DNA of 61,984 nt, the filler included. It is 5 parts of 5 records of this genome, joined end to end, with 100 filler letters (N's around TTAATTAATTAA, not from the genome) between each part and the next. Parts side by side here need not be neighbours in the genome. Positions count along the whole stretch, not along the records: positions 1 to 10,380 come from DRR723986_8776; positions 10,481 to 29,193 come from DRR723986_8789; 3 more parts are not named here. One strand, written 5' to 3'. A model generated the notes under the pieces. It saw only the letters and a list, made by a program, of their open reading frames with translations, made no database searches and had not been told where the DNA came from. Shown piece after piece: positions 1-10,701 of the stretch (the stretch's first letter is position 1; each line of letters opens with the position of its first letter). A program made the position numbers and the translations under genes.

Positions 1-649
1 TTTCAAGGCGCTTCACGGCATTCGGGCTGAGGATCAGCATGCCGTGGGCCGCCTCCCCGCCGAGGATTTTCTGCCAGGAATAGGTCACCACATCGAGTTT
101 CTCCCACTCGATGTCCTGCGCGAAGGCAGCCGAGGTCGCATCGCAGATAACGACGCGGTCCGGGTTCGGCTTGATCCAGTCGGCATTCGGGACACGCACG
201 CCCGAGGTCGTGCCGTTCCAGGTGAAGATGATGTCGGCGTCGTCGCGCGCCTTTTCGAAGGGCGGCAGTTCGCCATAGTCGCCGACATAGGTGTTGCAGT
301 CAGCCAGCTTCAGCTGCTTGGTCGCGTCGGTCACCCAGTCCTGGCCAAAGCTTTCCCAGGCAAAGACATCGACGGGCTTCGCGCCCAGCATGGACCACAT
401 GCACATCTCGACAGCGCCGGTGTCGGACGCAGGCACGATCGCCACGCGATAGCCTTCCGGCAGGCCGAGAATGGTCTTGGTCCGCTCAATGGCCGCTTTC
501 AGCTTCTTCTTCGCATCACCGGAGCGGTGCGAGCGGCCGAGCGCGGCAGTGTTCAGTTTTTCAAGAGAAAATCCTGGGCGCTTGGCAGTCGGGCCCGAGG
601 AAAAATGCGGGCATGCTGGCAGCACGCCGGGTTTGGCGACGGTCGTCAT
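1..649 (-). CDS. serC: Phosphoserine aminotransferase, 5' part (runs off window start)
   Basis: Not in the ORF track. Minus-strand translation from ATG at 649 gives [26 protein letters not shown]...[51 protein letters not shown] and SWQK (PLP lysine) match the alphaproteobacterial SerC type. Confidence 0.9.
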   Translation of the reverse strand, partial: MTTVAKPGVLPACPHFSSGPTAKRPGFSLEKLNTAALGRSHRSGDAKKKLKAAIERTKTILGLPEGYRVAIVPASDTGAVEMCMWSMLGAKPVDVFAWESFGQDWVTDATKQLKLADCNTYVGDYGELPPFEKARDDADIIFTWNGTTSGVRVPNADWIKPNPDRVVICDATSAAFAQDIEWEKLDVVTYSWQKILGGEAAHGMLILSPNAVKRLE

Positions 650-818
650 CTGTTTGTACTCCTATCCTTACAGATAGGCTGGCATCCGTTGGGGGATGCT
701 GGCCCGCCGCGTCTGTCTCATATTTCGGGGGGCCGCGCAAATGGCTTTTCTGTGACTTGTTATACGCGTGACCTGATGCCGCGACCTGCTAAGCTGCGCG
801 AAAAGTTGGAGGACCCCC

Positions 819-1655
819 ATGAGCATGACGATCCAGCCCCTGACAGGTACGCTCGGCGCAGAGATCCACGGTGTGAACCTGAAACAGGATCTGTCGAACG
901 CCGAGTTCGACGCGGTCCACCAAGCATTCCTCGACTACAAGGTGATCGTCCTGCGCGGCCAGCAGGGTATGACGCCGGACCAGCACAAGGCCTTCGCCCG
1001 CCGCTTCGGTACGCTGAACATCCATCCCTATGTGAAGGGCATGGAGGGTCACCCGGAACTGCTCGAGATCATCAAGGAGCCGGAAGAGAAAACCAATTTT
1101 GGCGGCGGCTGGCATTCCGACATGAGCTTCCTGGAGGAACCGGCCCTCGGCTCCATCCTGCATGCCCTCGAAGTGCCGCCCTTTGGCGGAGACACGCTGT
1201 TCGCAGACCAGCAGGCCGCCTATGACCGCCTCTCGCCGGGCCTGAAGAAAACGCTGGAGGGCATGACCGCCATCCACACCGCCAGCAAGGAATATGGCGC
1301 GGACGGCTATTCCGCCGCTGTACGCCAGTCCATGGATGCCAAGACCGCCCCCGATGCGCCGGAATATGAACACCCAGTGATCCGCACCCATCCTGAAACG
1401 GGCCGCAAAGGCCTGTTCATCAACCCCGCCTTCACGCTGCGCTTTGCCGGGTGGAGCCGGAAGGAAAGCCGTCCGCTGCTGAATTACCTCTTCGACCTCT
1501 CACGCGAGGAGCGTAACACCTGCCGCGTCCGCTGGCAGGCAGGCGACGTCACCATGTGGGACAATCGCTGTGTCTGGCACTATGCCCTCAACGATTACCA
1601 TGGTCACCGCCGCCACATGCGCCGTGCCACGATCAATGGCGACCGTCCGCGCTAA
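819..1655 (+). CDS. TauD/TfdA family Fe(II)/2-oxoglutarate dioxygenase
   Basis: WHSD (HxD), GGDTLFAD, HPVIRTHPETGRK and WDNRCVWHYA...HMRR motifs; GGAGG RBS upstream. Confidence 0.92.
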   Translation: MSMTIQPLTGTLGAEIHGVNLKQDLSNAEFDAVHQAFLDYKVIVLRGQQGMTPDQHKAFARRFGTLNIHPYVKGMEGHPELLEIIKEPEEKTNFGGGWHSDMSFLEEPALGSILHALEVPPFGGDTLFADQQAAYDRLSPGLKKTLEGMTAIHTASKEYGADGYSAAVRQSMDAKTAPDAPEYEHPVIRTHPETGRKGLFINPAFTLRFAGWSRKESRPLLNYLFDLSREERNTCRVRWQAGDVTMWDNRCVWHYALNDYHGHRRHMRRATINGDRPR

Positions 1656-2323
1656 GCCGATGTCGGCAGGAACGGATAGACCCCGCCACAGGCGATCAGG
1701 GCCTGGCCGAAGAAATAGAGCCCCCAAACCGCAAGGGACGGCCCTAGCCGCTTAGGCGCACCTGCCGGGCGGGTGAACAGCTGCAGCGACAGGATCATGT
1801 CGGAGGCGACAAACATCACAGCCCCCAGCGTCACCAGCAGGAAGGGCGGCGGCAACCGCAGTGCCGCAGCTCCCATCACAAGGATGATCGCCGTATAGGC
1901 AAAGACCGGGATCCGCATCGGCCCAAGGGATGGTGCGAGCCAGCGCACGAACACCACCCCGCCCAGCACCAGCACGATCTGGGCGGTGAGGTTAAGCAGC
2001 GTCCGGTCCGCCTGTGGCAGGGCCCAGAACAGGGCAACATAGGCGACGTGCGCCAGGAAGAAGGCCGCCATGCCGGGTTTCAGCCATTTGTCCTCGCCGG
2101 GCTTGTCTATCGCGAGGAAAGCATCCCCTGCCGACGACAGGGCTAGCCCCGCAACCAGCAGCCATGGCCCATCTGCCATGAAGGCAAACAGGGCCAGCAG
2201 TGCGGTCGACCCGGTCTTCACCAGCAGGCCGGGCAGTCCCCCGCCCTCTCGCCAGCACCAGCCGGCCCAATACATCACGCCCAGCACGATCGCGCCCGCA
2301 AGCACGGCGGTTTCCCCAGCCAT
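1652..2323 (-). CDS. YhhN / lysoplasmalogenase family membrane protein
   Basis: Multi-TM protein with GLALSSAGDAFL, FFLAHVAY, FVASD and YFFGQ motifs. Confidence 0.85.
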   Translation of the reverse strand: MAGETAVLAGAIVLGVMYWAGWCWREGGGLPGLLVKTGSTALLALFAFMADGPWLLVAGLALSSAGDAFLAIDKPGEDKWLKPGMAAFFLAHVAYVALFWALPQADRTLLNLTAQIVLVLGGVVFVRWLAPSLGPMRIPVFAYTAIILVMGAAALRLPPPFLLVTLGAVMFVASDMILSLQLFTRPAGAPKRLGPSLAVWGLYFFGQALIACGGVYPFLPTSA

Positions 2324-2350
2324 CCGGCGGCCTCCCTCTGTTTTCTTCTT

Positions 2351-2749
2351 CTAGTCTTCCTTGACCGCTTCCGGCACGCGTAACAGGCGCCGGGCCGCGG
2401 CCCGGTGTGTTTCTTTCACATGCATGCCCACCAGTCCAAGGGCTGTGGCGAGCACGGTTGCGTCGTCGGTAAACCCAAGACCGGTGATGAAGTCCGGCAG
2501 CATGTCCATCGGTGTGACAAAATAGGCGACGGCGGCAAACAGGACGGCCTTCGCCCGCATCGGTGTATGCGGGTCGCGTGCAGCATACCAGGCCGCCACA
2601 AGGTCGTCCGCGAAGGGGATTTTGCCCACCATTCGCATCAGCTTCGGGATCAGCCCGCGAGAGGTACGCTCGTCGCGCTCGATCGACTTCGGGATATAGC
2701 GTCCGTCCTCGTTGAGAACGGTGTTGATAACTTCCGCTGCGTCAGACAT
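2351..2749 (-). CDS. YkvA / DUF1232 family protein
   Basis: DPHTPMRAKAVL...AYFVTPMDMLPDFITGLGFTDD signature. Confidence 0.88.
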   Translation of the reverse strand: MSDAAEVINTVLNEDGRYIPKSIERDERTSRGLIPKLMRMVGKIPFADDLVAAWYAARDPHTPMRAKAVLFAAVAYFVTPMDMLPDFITGLGFTDDATVLATALGLVGMHVKETHRAAARRLLRVPEAVKED

Positions 2750-2815
2750 TGCGTCCTCCTGTGAGACCTATAGATCATCTGAAAAGTTGTCAGAAACAAG
2801 GGAGGGCCACGGCCC

Positions 2816-3595
2816 ATGGAACTCAATTCGAATATTTCGGCTGTCATCACCGGTGGCGCTTCCGGTCTCGGCGCCGCGACCGCCACGAAACTGGCCAGCT
2901 ATGGCGTCAAGGTCGCCTTGTTCGACCTGAACGTGGAAAAAGGCGAAGCCCTCGCCAAGGAACTCGGCGGTGTGTTCTGCGAGTGTAACGTGACCGACGA
3001 CGCGAGCGTCGATGCCGCTTTCGCAAAATCCCGCGCCGCCATCGGCCAGGAGCGTATCCTGATCAACTGCGCTGGCACCGGCAACGCCATCAAGACGGCC
3101 AGCCGCAACAAGGAAACCGGCGAAATCAGCCACTTCCCGCTGGATAAGTTCAACCTGATCATCCAGATCAACCTGGTCGGCACCTTCCGCTGCATCGCGA
3201 AATCGGCCGCCGGCATGATGACGCTCGACCCGATCGACGGCGAGCGCGGCGCAATCGTCAACACCGCTTCTGTCGCGGCTGAAGACGGCCAGATCGGCCA
3301 GGCCGCCTACTCCGCTTCCAAAGGCGGCGTTGTCGGCATGACCCTGCCGATCGCCCGCGACCTGTCGCGCGAACTGATCCGCGTCAACACGATCCTGCCG
3401 GGCATCTTCAACACACCGCTGCTGCAAGGCGCTCCGGAACCGGTCAAGCAGGCCCTCGGCGCGCAGGTGCCGCACCCGGCCCGCCTCGGCAACCCGGAAG
3501 AGTATGCCTCGCTCGCCACCGAAATGTGCCGCAACGGCTATTTCAACGGCGAAGACGTCCGCCTCGACGGTGCCATCCGCATGGCGCCGAGATAA
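2816..3595 (+). CDS. SDR family 3-hydroxyacyl-CoA dehydrogenase (HSD10-like)
   Basis: TGGASGLG, NTASVAAEDGQIGQAAYSASKGG (YxxxK), C-terminal RLDGAIRMAPR. Confidence 0.92.
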   Translation: MELNSNISAVITGGASGLGAATATKLASYGVKVALFDLNVEKGEALAKELGGVFCECNVTDDASVDAAFAKSRAAIGQERILINCAGTGNAIKTASRNKETGEISHFPLDKFNLIIQINLVGTFRCIAKSAAGMMTLDPIDGERGAIVNTASVAAEDGQIGQAAYSASKGGVVGMTLPIARDLSRELIRVNTILPGIFNTPLLQGAPEPVKQALGAQVPHPARLGNPEEYASLATEMCRNGYFNGEDVRLDGAIRMAPR

Positions 3596-3694
3596 GGATT
3601 GCTCGCGGCGATTTCCGCGCCTTTGGCGCGCGAAGCCGCTGCGCCGTCACCTTGCTCGTGCTGGTCCTCCAGAACCAGCATCAAGCACCCGATC

Positions 3695-3728
3695 TAACCC
3701 GCACCTCCGGTGCGGGTTATTTCTTTTC
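3695..3728 (+). terminator. Rho-independent terminator after the SDR gene
   Basis: TAACCCGCACC-TCC-GGTGCGGGTTA hairpin followed by a T-rich tract. Confidence 0.75.
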
Positions 3729-3800
3729 CGCAACGGCAGGGGATGTCAGGCGCAGCGGGTGCGCTACAAGGGTGCCGATAAGAGATTGGGAGGTCCAACC

Positions 3801-4478
3801 GTGGAATATGATGACGTTGTCCGCAGCCGGCGCAGTATCCGGGGCTTCCTGAAGAAGCCTGTCCCGAAAGCGCTCGTCCGCGAGATCCTTGAAATCGCCA
3901 TGCGCGCACCGACTTCGCTCAACTCCCAGCCATGGAATTTCTATGTCGTCTCCGGCGACGTACTGGACCGGATCCGCAAGGGCAATGTCGAGCGCAATGT
4001 GGCGGGCGTGCCCGACAGCCGCGAATTCCGCATGGGCCCGCCCTATGAAGGTGTCCACCGCGAACGCCAGGTCGAGATCGCCATCCAGCTGTTCCAGGCC
4101 ATGGGCATCGAACGCCACGACAAGGAAGCGCGGATGGACTGGGTGCTGCGCGGCTTCCGCCAGTTTGATGCGCCCGTCTCCATCGTCGTCACCTATGACA
4201 AGGCGCTGGCCGGCGGCGACATCCCGCCCTTCGACTGCGGCGGCGTCGTCAATGGCATCGTCAATGCCGCCTGGAACCGGGGCATCGGCTGCGTGATCAA
4301 TTCGCAAGGCATCATGCAGAGCCCGGTCGTGCGCGAGGAGGCGGGCATCCCGGACGATCAGGTGATCCAGACCTGCGTCGCCATGGGCTGGCCGGATGAG
4401 ACTTTCCTCGCGAACGCTGTCGTGTCAAAACGGAAGTCCGTAGACGAAGCGGCCACATTCCTCGGCTTCGAGGACTGA
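3801..4478 (+). CDS. Nitroreductase family protein
   Basis: GTG start at 3801 after GGGAGG (ORF-track start 3504 is too early); RRSIRGF, APTSLNSQPW and FDAPV motifs. Confidence 0.9.
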   Translation: MEYDDVVRSRRSIRGFLKKPVPKALVREILEIAMRAPTSLNSQPWNFYVVSGDVLDRIRKGNVERNVAGVPDSREFRMGPPYEGVHRERQVEIAIQLFQAMGIERHDKEARMDWVLRGFRQFDAPVSIVVTYDKALAGGDIPPFDCGGVVNGIVNAAWNRGIGCVINSQGIMQSPVVREEAGIPDDQVIQTCVAMGWPDETFLANAVVSKRKSVDEAATFLGFED

Positions 4479-4502
4479 TCCTGCAACCCAGGAGACCGGC
4501 AC

Positions 4503-4898
4503 ATGCCTCTCACCGCTGACGCACTGGAAAAACTGGCAGACGGATATACTGCAGCCTGGAATACCGGCTCCGCCGACGCGGTTGCGGGCTTTTACGCAGA
4601 AGACGGACAGATCACGATCAATCGCGGAGATCCCTGGCTCGGCCGCACAGGTGTGCGGGACATGGCCGCGGGTTTCTTCGCGGATGTCCCTGACCTGGTA
4701 CTCACCTGCGATGGCATCCGGGCTGCCGGGGATCATGTGGTCTATCTCTGGACGTTCACCGGGCATGACGCTGGCACCAAAAACCCGCTTGAGATCCATG
4801 GCTGGGAGGAATGGACCCTGGACGATGATGGCAAAGTCCAATCCTCCCTTGGCTGGTACGATGTCGAAAATTATGCCCGGCAGGTGGAAGGCCGCTAG
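4503..4898 (+). CDS. SnoaL/NTF2-like protein
   Basis: YTAAWN...FYAEDG...GRTGVR...FFADVPDL pattern; AGGAG RBS. Confidence 0.8.
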   Translation: MPLTADALEKLADGYTAAWNTGSADAVAGFYAEDGQITINRGDPWLGRTGVRDMAAGFFADVPDLVLTCDGIRAAGDHVVYLWTFTGHDAGTKNPLEIHGWEEWTLDDDGKVQSSLGWYDVENYARQVEGR

Positions 4899-5314
4899 GC
4901 CGCGGCAGCGTCCGGCCCTTCGGGGGCTGGAGACACGGCAACCGCCACGAAGCACGCCGCACCCATGACAAGTTCCAGCAGTGTGATCCACACCATCGCC
5001 TGATCCGGAACCCCGTCCATCATCAGGCTGGCGAGCCGGGCCACGCCGTATGCTGAATAAAATATGGCACTTGCAGTCAGCGCCAGCATCCGCAGCCGGC
5101 GAACAAACAGCCCGGTCAAGGCCAGCAGACCCACAGCAAGAATAGGTCCGCCTGCAGCCCGCATCTCATTCAGCAGCGCAGCATCCCCGGCGCCAAGATG
5201 AATACCGGATGTTGCATGGAATGAGACAGGATCCAGAACGATGGCCGCGCCGATGAGGACGGCGATGACACCGGCAAGGAATAATGCGGCAAAGGGGAAC
5301 AAGGAACGGGACAT
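4895..5314 (-). CDS. Small four-TM membrane protein (DUF4345-like)
   Basis: NEMRAAGG and ARLASLMMDGVP motifs; start MSRSLF at 5314 after an AAGGAG RBS. Confidence 0.7.
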   Translation of the reverse strand: MSRSLFPFAALFLAGVIAVLIGAAIVLDPVSFHATSGIHLGAGDAALLNEMRAAGGPILAVGLLALTGLFVRRLRMLALTASAIFYSAYGVARLASLMMDGVPDQAMVWITLLELVMGAACFVAVAVSPAPEGPDAAAA

Positions 5315-5348
5315 GGGAATCTCCTTTTGAAAGATCTGTGAATGAAGG

Positions 5349-5837
5349 TCAGGCCAGTTCGACAACGGCCATCAGCATGAAGATGGCAGCCGCAGCAGAG
5401 GCGAGCGTGCGGACGGTGTTCCAGAAACTCCAGGCCGGGACGTAGCGGTGCCAGTAGGCCGCGGCGACGGTGCTGTCGTGCGCCATCCGGTCGAGGCGTT
5501 CATTCATGGGCACATTGAACACCACGGTCACGCCGAATGTGCCGATCACATAGGTGACGGCTGCCGAGATGATCCAGGCGGTTGCCGGTCCGCTCCCCTG
5601 CCAGAGGGCGAAGGCAGCCATTATCGGTGAAACGACGGCCATGCCGATCAACAGGACCATGAAAAGCGTCCGGAACACTTTGCGGTTGATCTGCTGCATC
5701 GCTTCAATCCCGCCAGCGGGCTGCGTCGCGGCCAGCGATCGCATCACGAAATCTGAAAAGGTCAGGAACACGCCGGCCACGAGGGCATAGGCGATCACGG
5801 AAAACTCGCTGGCAAGCAGCATCCATTGAGGGGTCAT
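5349..5837 (-). CDS. DUF1772 / anthrone oxygenase family membrane protein
   Basis: AGVFLTFSDFVM, MQQINR, NVPMNERL and WSFWNTVRT motifs. Confidence 0.85.
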   Translation of the reverse strand: MTPQWMLLASEFSVIAYALVAGVFLTFSDFVMRSLAATQPAGGIEAMQQINRKVFRTLFMVLLIGMAVVSPIMAAFALWQGSGPATAWIISAAVTYVIGTFGVTVVFNVPMNERLDRMAHDSTVAAAYWHRYVPAWSFWNTVRTLASAAAAIFMLMAVVELA

Positions 5838-5869
5838 ATCAGTCTCCTTTGCGGGATTGGGTGATCCGG

Positions 5870-6505
5870 TCAGCTGGTCAGCCAGGCCGGTTTGTGCAGG
5901 TAAGTATCGTCCGAAAGCTGACGGATCAGGAAATCCGCAACGTCGGCGCGGTTGACGTGGAACTTCATTTTCCGGTCAGGTGCGAGGCTGCTGGGCCCGT
6001 GCGCATAGGCGCCGGTGCGGTCGCCGTCCCGGTAAGGGCCTGGCCGCGCGATGATCCAGTCGAGGCCGGAGGCGGCAATCTCTGCTTCCTGTGCCTCATG
6101 ATCGGCGAACATGTGCTCCATCATCAGTGGCCCAAGCAGGTATTTGTAGTGTGCCGGGATCAGCTTGTAGCTGTCCCCTGCCCCAATGGAGGACAGGCAG
6201 ACCAGCCGGTCGACGCAGGCATCTTTCATGGCCCGGATGATGCTGGCTGTCCCGGTGGCCCTGATACCGCTCTTGTCCTGTAGCGGCGCGCCAAGCGCGC
6301 AGACCACCGCATCCGCTCCGGCGACTGTGTAATAGACCGCCTCTTCATCCGACATATCGCCTGGCACCAGTGTCAGGCCCTCAGGCAGGTCCGCCAGTTT
6401 GCCGGGTGACCTGACGAGCGCCGTGACCGTCATCCCCTTTTCCAGGGCCTGGTTCACGAAATGGCGGCCCACACCGCCAGTTGATCCAAAAACGGCAATT
6501 CGCAT
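5870..6505 (-). CDS. NAD(P)H-binding oxidoreductase (flavin reductase / BVR-B-like atypical SDR)
   Basis: GSTGGVG, DHEAQE, LDWIIARP and NRADVADF motifs. Confidence 0.85.
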   Translation of the reverse strand: MRIAVFGSTGGVGRHFVNQALEKGMTVTALVRSPGKLADLPEGLTLVPGDMSDEEAVYYTVAGADAVVCALGAPLQDKSGIRATGTASIIRAMKDACVDRLVCLSSIGAGDSYKLIPAHYKYLLGPLMMEHMFADHEAQEAEIAASGLDWIIARPGPYRDGDRTGAYAHGPSSLAPDRKMKFHVNRADVADFLIRQLSDDTYLHKPAWLTS

Positions 6506-6521
6506 GATTACCTCCTTCTTC

Positions 6522-6580
6522 TTGACACGATGTCAATTGACACGGCGTCAAATAAGTGATCACTTGACACTATGTCAAGT
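6522..6580. promoter_or_regulatory. Three TTGACA-N3-TGTCAA palindromes, probable TetR operators
   Basis: 6522-6536 TTGACACGATGTCAA; 6537-6551 TTGACACGGCGTCAA (one mismatch); 6562-6580 ACTTGACACTATGTCAAGT, which overlaps the tetR ATG. Confidence 0.8.
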
Positions 6581-7162
6581 CCGAATCCCGATACCCGCAA
6601 AAGAATCCTGCAGGCCACCGCTGACCTCCTGACAGAAGGGGGCGGCGCAGGCGTGCGCATGTCAGACATTGCAAAGCGCGCCGGCATAAGCCGGCAGGCG
6701 GTCTATTTGCACTTCGCCAATCGGGCGGACCTGCTGATCGCAGCGACGTTCTATGTTGATGAACTGAAGGATAGCGCGGCACGCCTCGCGCCTAGTCGCG
6801 CCGCAAAAACAGGCCGGGAACGCCTAGATGCCTATATCGAGGCCTGGGCCGGTTACCTGCCGGAGATCTATCCCATCGGGCGAGCGCTTATAGATATGAG
6901 CCCCACGGACGAAGAAGCCCGCAGCGCCTGGGCCCAGCGCATGCAGGACATGCGGGAGGGCTGTGAAGCCGCCATTAATGCCCTGAAACGCGATGGCGAC
7001 CTCGCCCCCGGTATGCCGGCACCGCAGGCAACGGACCTCCTCTGGACGCTCTTGCTGCTGCCCAACTGGGAACACCTGACGCAGGTCTGCGGCTGGTCAC
7101 AGAAGCAGTATCTGAAACACATCACCGCCACCGCCCGCCGCCTGTTTGTCATGGGCGCTTGA
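6572..7162 (+). CDS. TetR/AcrR family transcriptional regulator
   Basis: N-terminal HTH RMSDIAKRAGISRQAVYLHF; divergent from the reductase cluster. Confidence 0.92.
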   Translation: MSSPNPDTRKRILQATADLLTEGGGAGVRMSDIAKRAGISRQAVYLHFANRADLLIAATFYVDELKDSAARLAPSRAAKTGRERLDAYIEAWAGYLPEIYPIGRALIDMSPTDEEARSAWAQRMQDMREGCEAAINALKRDGDLAPGMPAPQATDLLWTLLLLPNWEHLTQVCGWSQKQYLKHITATARRLFVMGA

Positions 7163-7236
7163 GTCCGCCAGTTTTTTGGCAGATGATGCAACTATTGACA
7201 TTTCAAGTGCCGTTATAAGCGGCCGGGGAGGGCATC

Positions 7237-8325
7237 ATGCTGAAGGTCTACGGGCTCAAGGTTTCCTATTTCACGGGCAAGCTGGAAGCCTATCTGCGCT
7301 ACAAGGAAATTCCCTACGAGTTCTGCCCGATGACCGCTCGGGAGTTCATGCATACGATTCCGGAGCAGACCGGCGCCATGCAGATGCCGGCCGCCGAACT
7401 GCCGGACGGGCGCTGGATGACCGACACCAGCCCGATGATCGACTGGTTTGAAACCGAATACCCAGACTCGCCGATCCTGCCGGAAGACCCGGCACAAGCC
7501 TTCCTCTGCCGCCTGATCGAAGACTATGCAGACGAATGGCTCTGGCGCCCGGCCATGCATTACCGCTGGAGCTATCCTCTCTCCTCGAAACTCCTCGCCC
7601 GGCAGATCTCTGATGCGATGGGCCGGGATATCAAGGCGCCCGGCTTCCTTAAGCGGCGGCGAACGGAGCGGCGCCAGAAGCATAATTTCGTCGACCGCGA
7701 CGGCGTCACCCCGGACACCCGCGCGCATGTGGAAGGCAGCTACCTCAAACTGCTCGATCTGCTGGAACCCATCTTTCAGGCGCGGCCTTTCCTGCTGGGC
7801 GACCGGCCGACGCTGGCCGACATCGGTCTGATGGGGCCGCTCTTCCGCCACTTCGCGATGGACCCCGTGCCGGGCATCATCATGCGGGAAAACGCCTCCG
7901 GCGTGATGGCCTGGGTCTACCGTGTCTGGAATGCCCGCGGCTCCCTTACCCACGGTGGCCTCGTCAGCGGCATCCCGGACGATCTGTTACCCCTGCTCCG
8001 TGAACTGGCTGAAACGCATCTCGAAGCGCTAAACGCCAACGCCCTCGCCTGGCAGGCAGGCGGTGAGCGCCATGGCATGACCATTCAGGGCACCGCCTAT
8101 CGTGATCTGCAAACATCCCAGTACCGGGTCTGGTGTCTTGAAAAACTGCAGGCGCACTATCGCGCGCTGGATGACGCGGCCCGCGCTGGCCTCGACCCGG
8201 TCCTGCAATCCAGCGGCGTGGTCGATCCGTTATTACGCCTGCCGGAGGTGGACAGCGGCTACACCAATGCAGCCACTGCGCCCTTCGGCCAGTCGCTGCC
8301 GGTGTTTGCAGAGATCGACAACTGA
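7237..8325 (+). CDS. Glutathione S-transferase family protein (long form)
   Basis: SYFTGKLEAYLRYK, QMP...TDTSPMI and FLLGDRPTLADIG motifs. Confidence 0.85.
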   Translation: MLKVYGLKVSYFTGKLEAYLRYKEIPYEFCPMTAREFMHTIPEQTGAMQMPAAELPDGRWMTDTSPMIDWFETEYPDSPILPEDPAQAFLCRLIEDYADEWLWRPAMHYRWSYPLSSKLLARQISDAMGRDIKAPGFLKRRRTERRQKHNFVDRDGVTPDTRAHVEGSYLKLLDLLEPIFQARPFLLGDRPTLADIGLMGPLFRHFAMDPVPGIIMRENASGVMAWVYRVWNARGSLTHGGLVSGIPDDLLPLLRELAETHLEALNANALAWQAGGERHGMTIQGTAYRDLQTSQYRVWCLEKLQAHYRALDDAARAGLDPVLQSSGVVDPLLRLPEVDSGYTNAATAPFGQSLPVFAEIDN

Positions 8326-8421
8326 CAGTCTCGTTGCGGCAGGTGCCGTTGGGAGAGTGCTGGCGTAGCCGAAACCCGCGCGTATAAATGCCCCTACAAT
8401 ATTGGAAGAGGAACGCGTGAC

Positions 8422-9597
8422 ATGGCAGACGCATATATCGTAGCAGCAAAACGTACCGCCGGCGGCCGCCGCGGCGGCGCCCTCGCCGAATGGCATCCGG
8501 GCGATCTTGGCGCGCAAGTGCTGAACGCGCTCGTGGACGAAACCGGTGTCGACCCGGCGGCCATCGAGGACGTGATCATGGGATGCGTCTCGCAGGCCGG
8601 TGAGCAGGCCGCCCAGATCGGCCGGACCGCTGTCCTGGCCTCGAAACTTCCCCAGAGCGTTCCCGCCGTGACGATCGACCGCCAGTGCGGTTCCTCGCAG
8701 CAGAGCCTCCAGTTTGCGGCCCAGGCCGTGATGTCGGGGACGCAGGATCTCGTCATCGCCGCCGGCGTTGAAAGCATGACCCGCTGCCCGATGGGCATCA
8801 ACGCCCGCGCCGGCAAGCTGTTCGAAGTGCCGACGGACCCGACCCCGCAATCGGTGAAGGACAAATTCGGCATCAAGCAGTTCAGCCAGTTCGTTGGTGC
8901 CGAGATGATCGCCAAGAAGCATGGCCACACCAAGGAAGAGCTCGACGCTTTCTCGGTGGAAAGCCACAAGCGCGGCGCTGAAGCCACCAAGGCCGGTGCC
9001 TTCAAGGACGAGATCGTCGCCCTCAAGGGCCGCGACCCGGAAGGCAACGAAGTGATGCACGACAAGGACGAAGGTATTCGCTATGACGCCTCCATGGAAG
9101 GCATGGCGAAGCTGAAGATCCTCATGGATGACGGCATCATGACCGCCGCCAATGCCAGCCAGATCTGCGACGGCTCGTCCGGCGTGATGGTCGCTTCCGA
9201 AGCGGCCATCAAGGCGCACAACCTCACGCCGCTGGCCCGCATCCACAACCTCACCGTCACCGCAGGCGACCCGGTAATCATGCTGGAAGAGCCGCTGTTC
9301 GCCACCGACCGCGCCCTGCAGCGCGCCGGCATGAAGATCGACGACATTGACCTCTACGAAGTGAACGAAGCCTTCGCGCCGGTTCCGATCGCATGGCTGA
9401 AGCATCACGGCGCAGACCCGGCGAAGCTGAACGTCAATGGCGGCGCCATTGCGCTCGGCCACCCGCTTGGCGCTTCGGGTACAAAGCTGATGACCACGCT
9501 GATCTACGCCCTGCGCGCCCGGGGCAAGAAGTATGGCCTGCAGACCATGTGTGAAGGCGGCGGCATCGCAAACGTCACCATCATCGAAGCCCTGTAA
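8422..9597 (+). CDS. Acetyl-CoA C-acyltransferase (thiolase)
   Basis: DRQCGSSQQ, EVNEAFA, GHPLGASG and MCEGGG catalytic motifs. Confidence 0.95.
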   Translation: MADAYIVAAKRTAGGRRGGALAEWHPGDLGAQVLNALVDETGVDPAAIEDVIMGCVSQAGEQAAQIGRTAVLASKLPQSVPAVTIDRQCGSSQQSLQFAAQAVMSGTQDLVIAAGVESMTRCPMGINARAGKLFEVPTDPTPQSVKDKFGIKQFSQFVGAEMIAKKHGHTKEELDAFSVESHKRGAEATKAGAFKDEIVALKGRDPEGNEVMHDKDEGIRYDASMEGMAKLKILMDDGIMTAANASQICDGSSGVMVASEAAIKAHNLTPLARIHNLTVTAGDPVIMLEEPLFATDRALQRAGMKIDDIDLYEVNEAFAPVPIAWLKHHGADPAKLNVNGGAIALGHPLGASGTKLMTTLIYALRARGKKYGLQTMCEGGGIANVTIIEAL

Positions 9598-9619
9598 GCC
9601 AGGCCTTCAGCGAAATTGG

Positions 9620-9656
9620 AAACGCCGGACCTTTGCGGGTCCGGCGTTTTTCTTTG
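9620..9656. terminator. Terminator between convergent thiolase and asd
   Basis: AAACGCCGGACC ... GGTCCGGCGTTT inverted repeat followed by a T tract. Confidence 0.8.
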
Positions 9657-9659
9657 AGC

Positions 9660-10380
<721 letters not shown>

Positions 10381-10480
10381 NNNNNNNNNNNNNNNNNNNN
10401 NNNNNNNNNNNNNNNNNNNNNNNNTTAATTAATTAANNNNNNNNNNNNNNNNNNNNNNNNNNNNNNNNNNNNNNNNNNNN
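10381..10480. other. Artificial contig linker
   Basis: N run + TTAATTAATTAA (stops in all six frames) + N run; genes are cut on both sides. Confidence 0.98.
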
Positions 10481-10701
10481 GTGTTCTGGTGATCGACGAT
10501 CTGGTCGACACCGGCAAGACCCTGAAAGTGGTTCGTGAAATGCTGCCGAAGGCACACTATGCGACTGTTTACGCAAAGCCGGTTGGCGTGCCTATGGTCG
10601 ATACCTTCATCACCGAAGTATCCCAGGACACCTGGATCTATTTCCCCTGGGACATGGGCTGGCAGTTCCAGCCGCCGCTTTCGAAAGAAACCGCGGGCTG
10701 A
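10481..10701 (+). CDS. gpt: Xanthine phosphoribosyltransferase, 3' part
   Basis: [17 protein letters not shown] motif and [11 protein letters not shown]. Confidence 0.9.

Noticed and set aside
44-1225. 393-aa plus-strand ORF and similar long shadow ORFs (8233..9462, 16482..18002 N-terminal part, 18707..20566, 20563..21774, 58835..60427)
   Set aside because: Antisense or off-frame shadows of well-supported genes, common in high-GC DNA, with no family motifs.
10425-10436. TTAATTAATTAA palindrome repeated four times in the window
   Set aside because: Always embedded in N runs of the same total length; an assembly linker.
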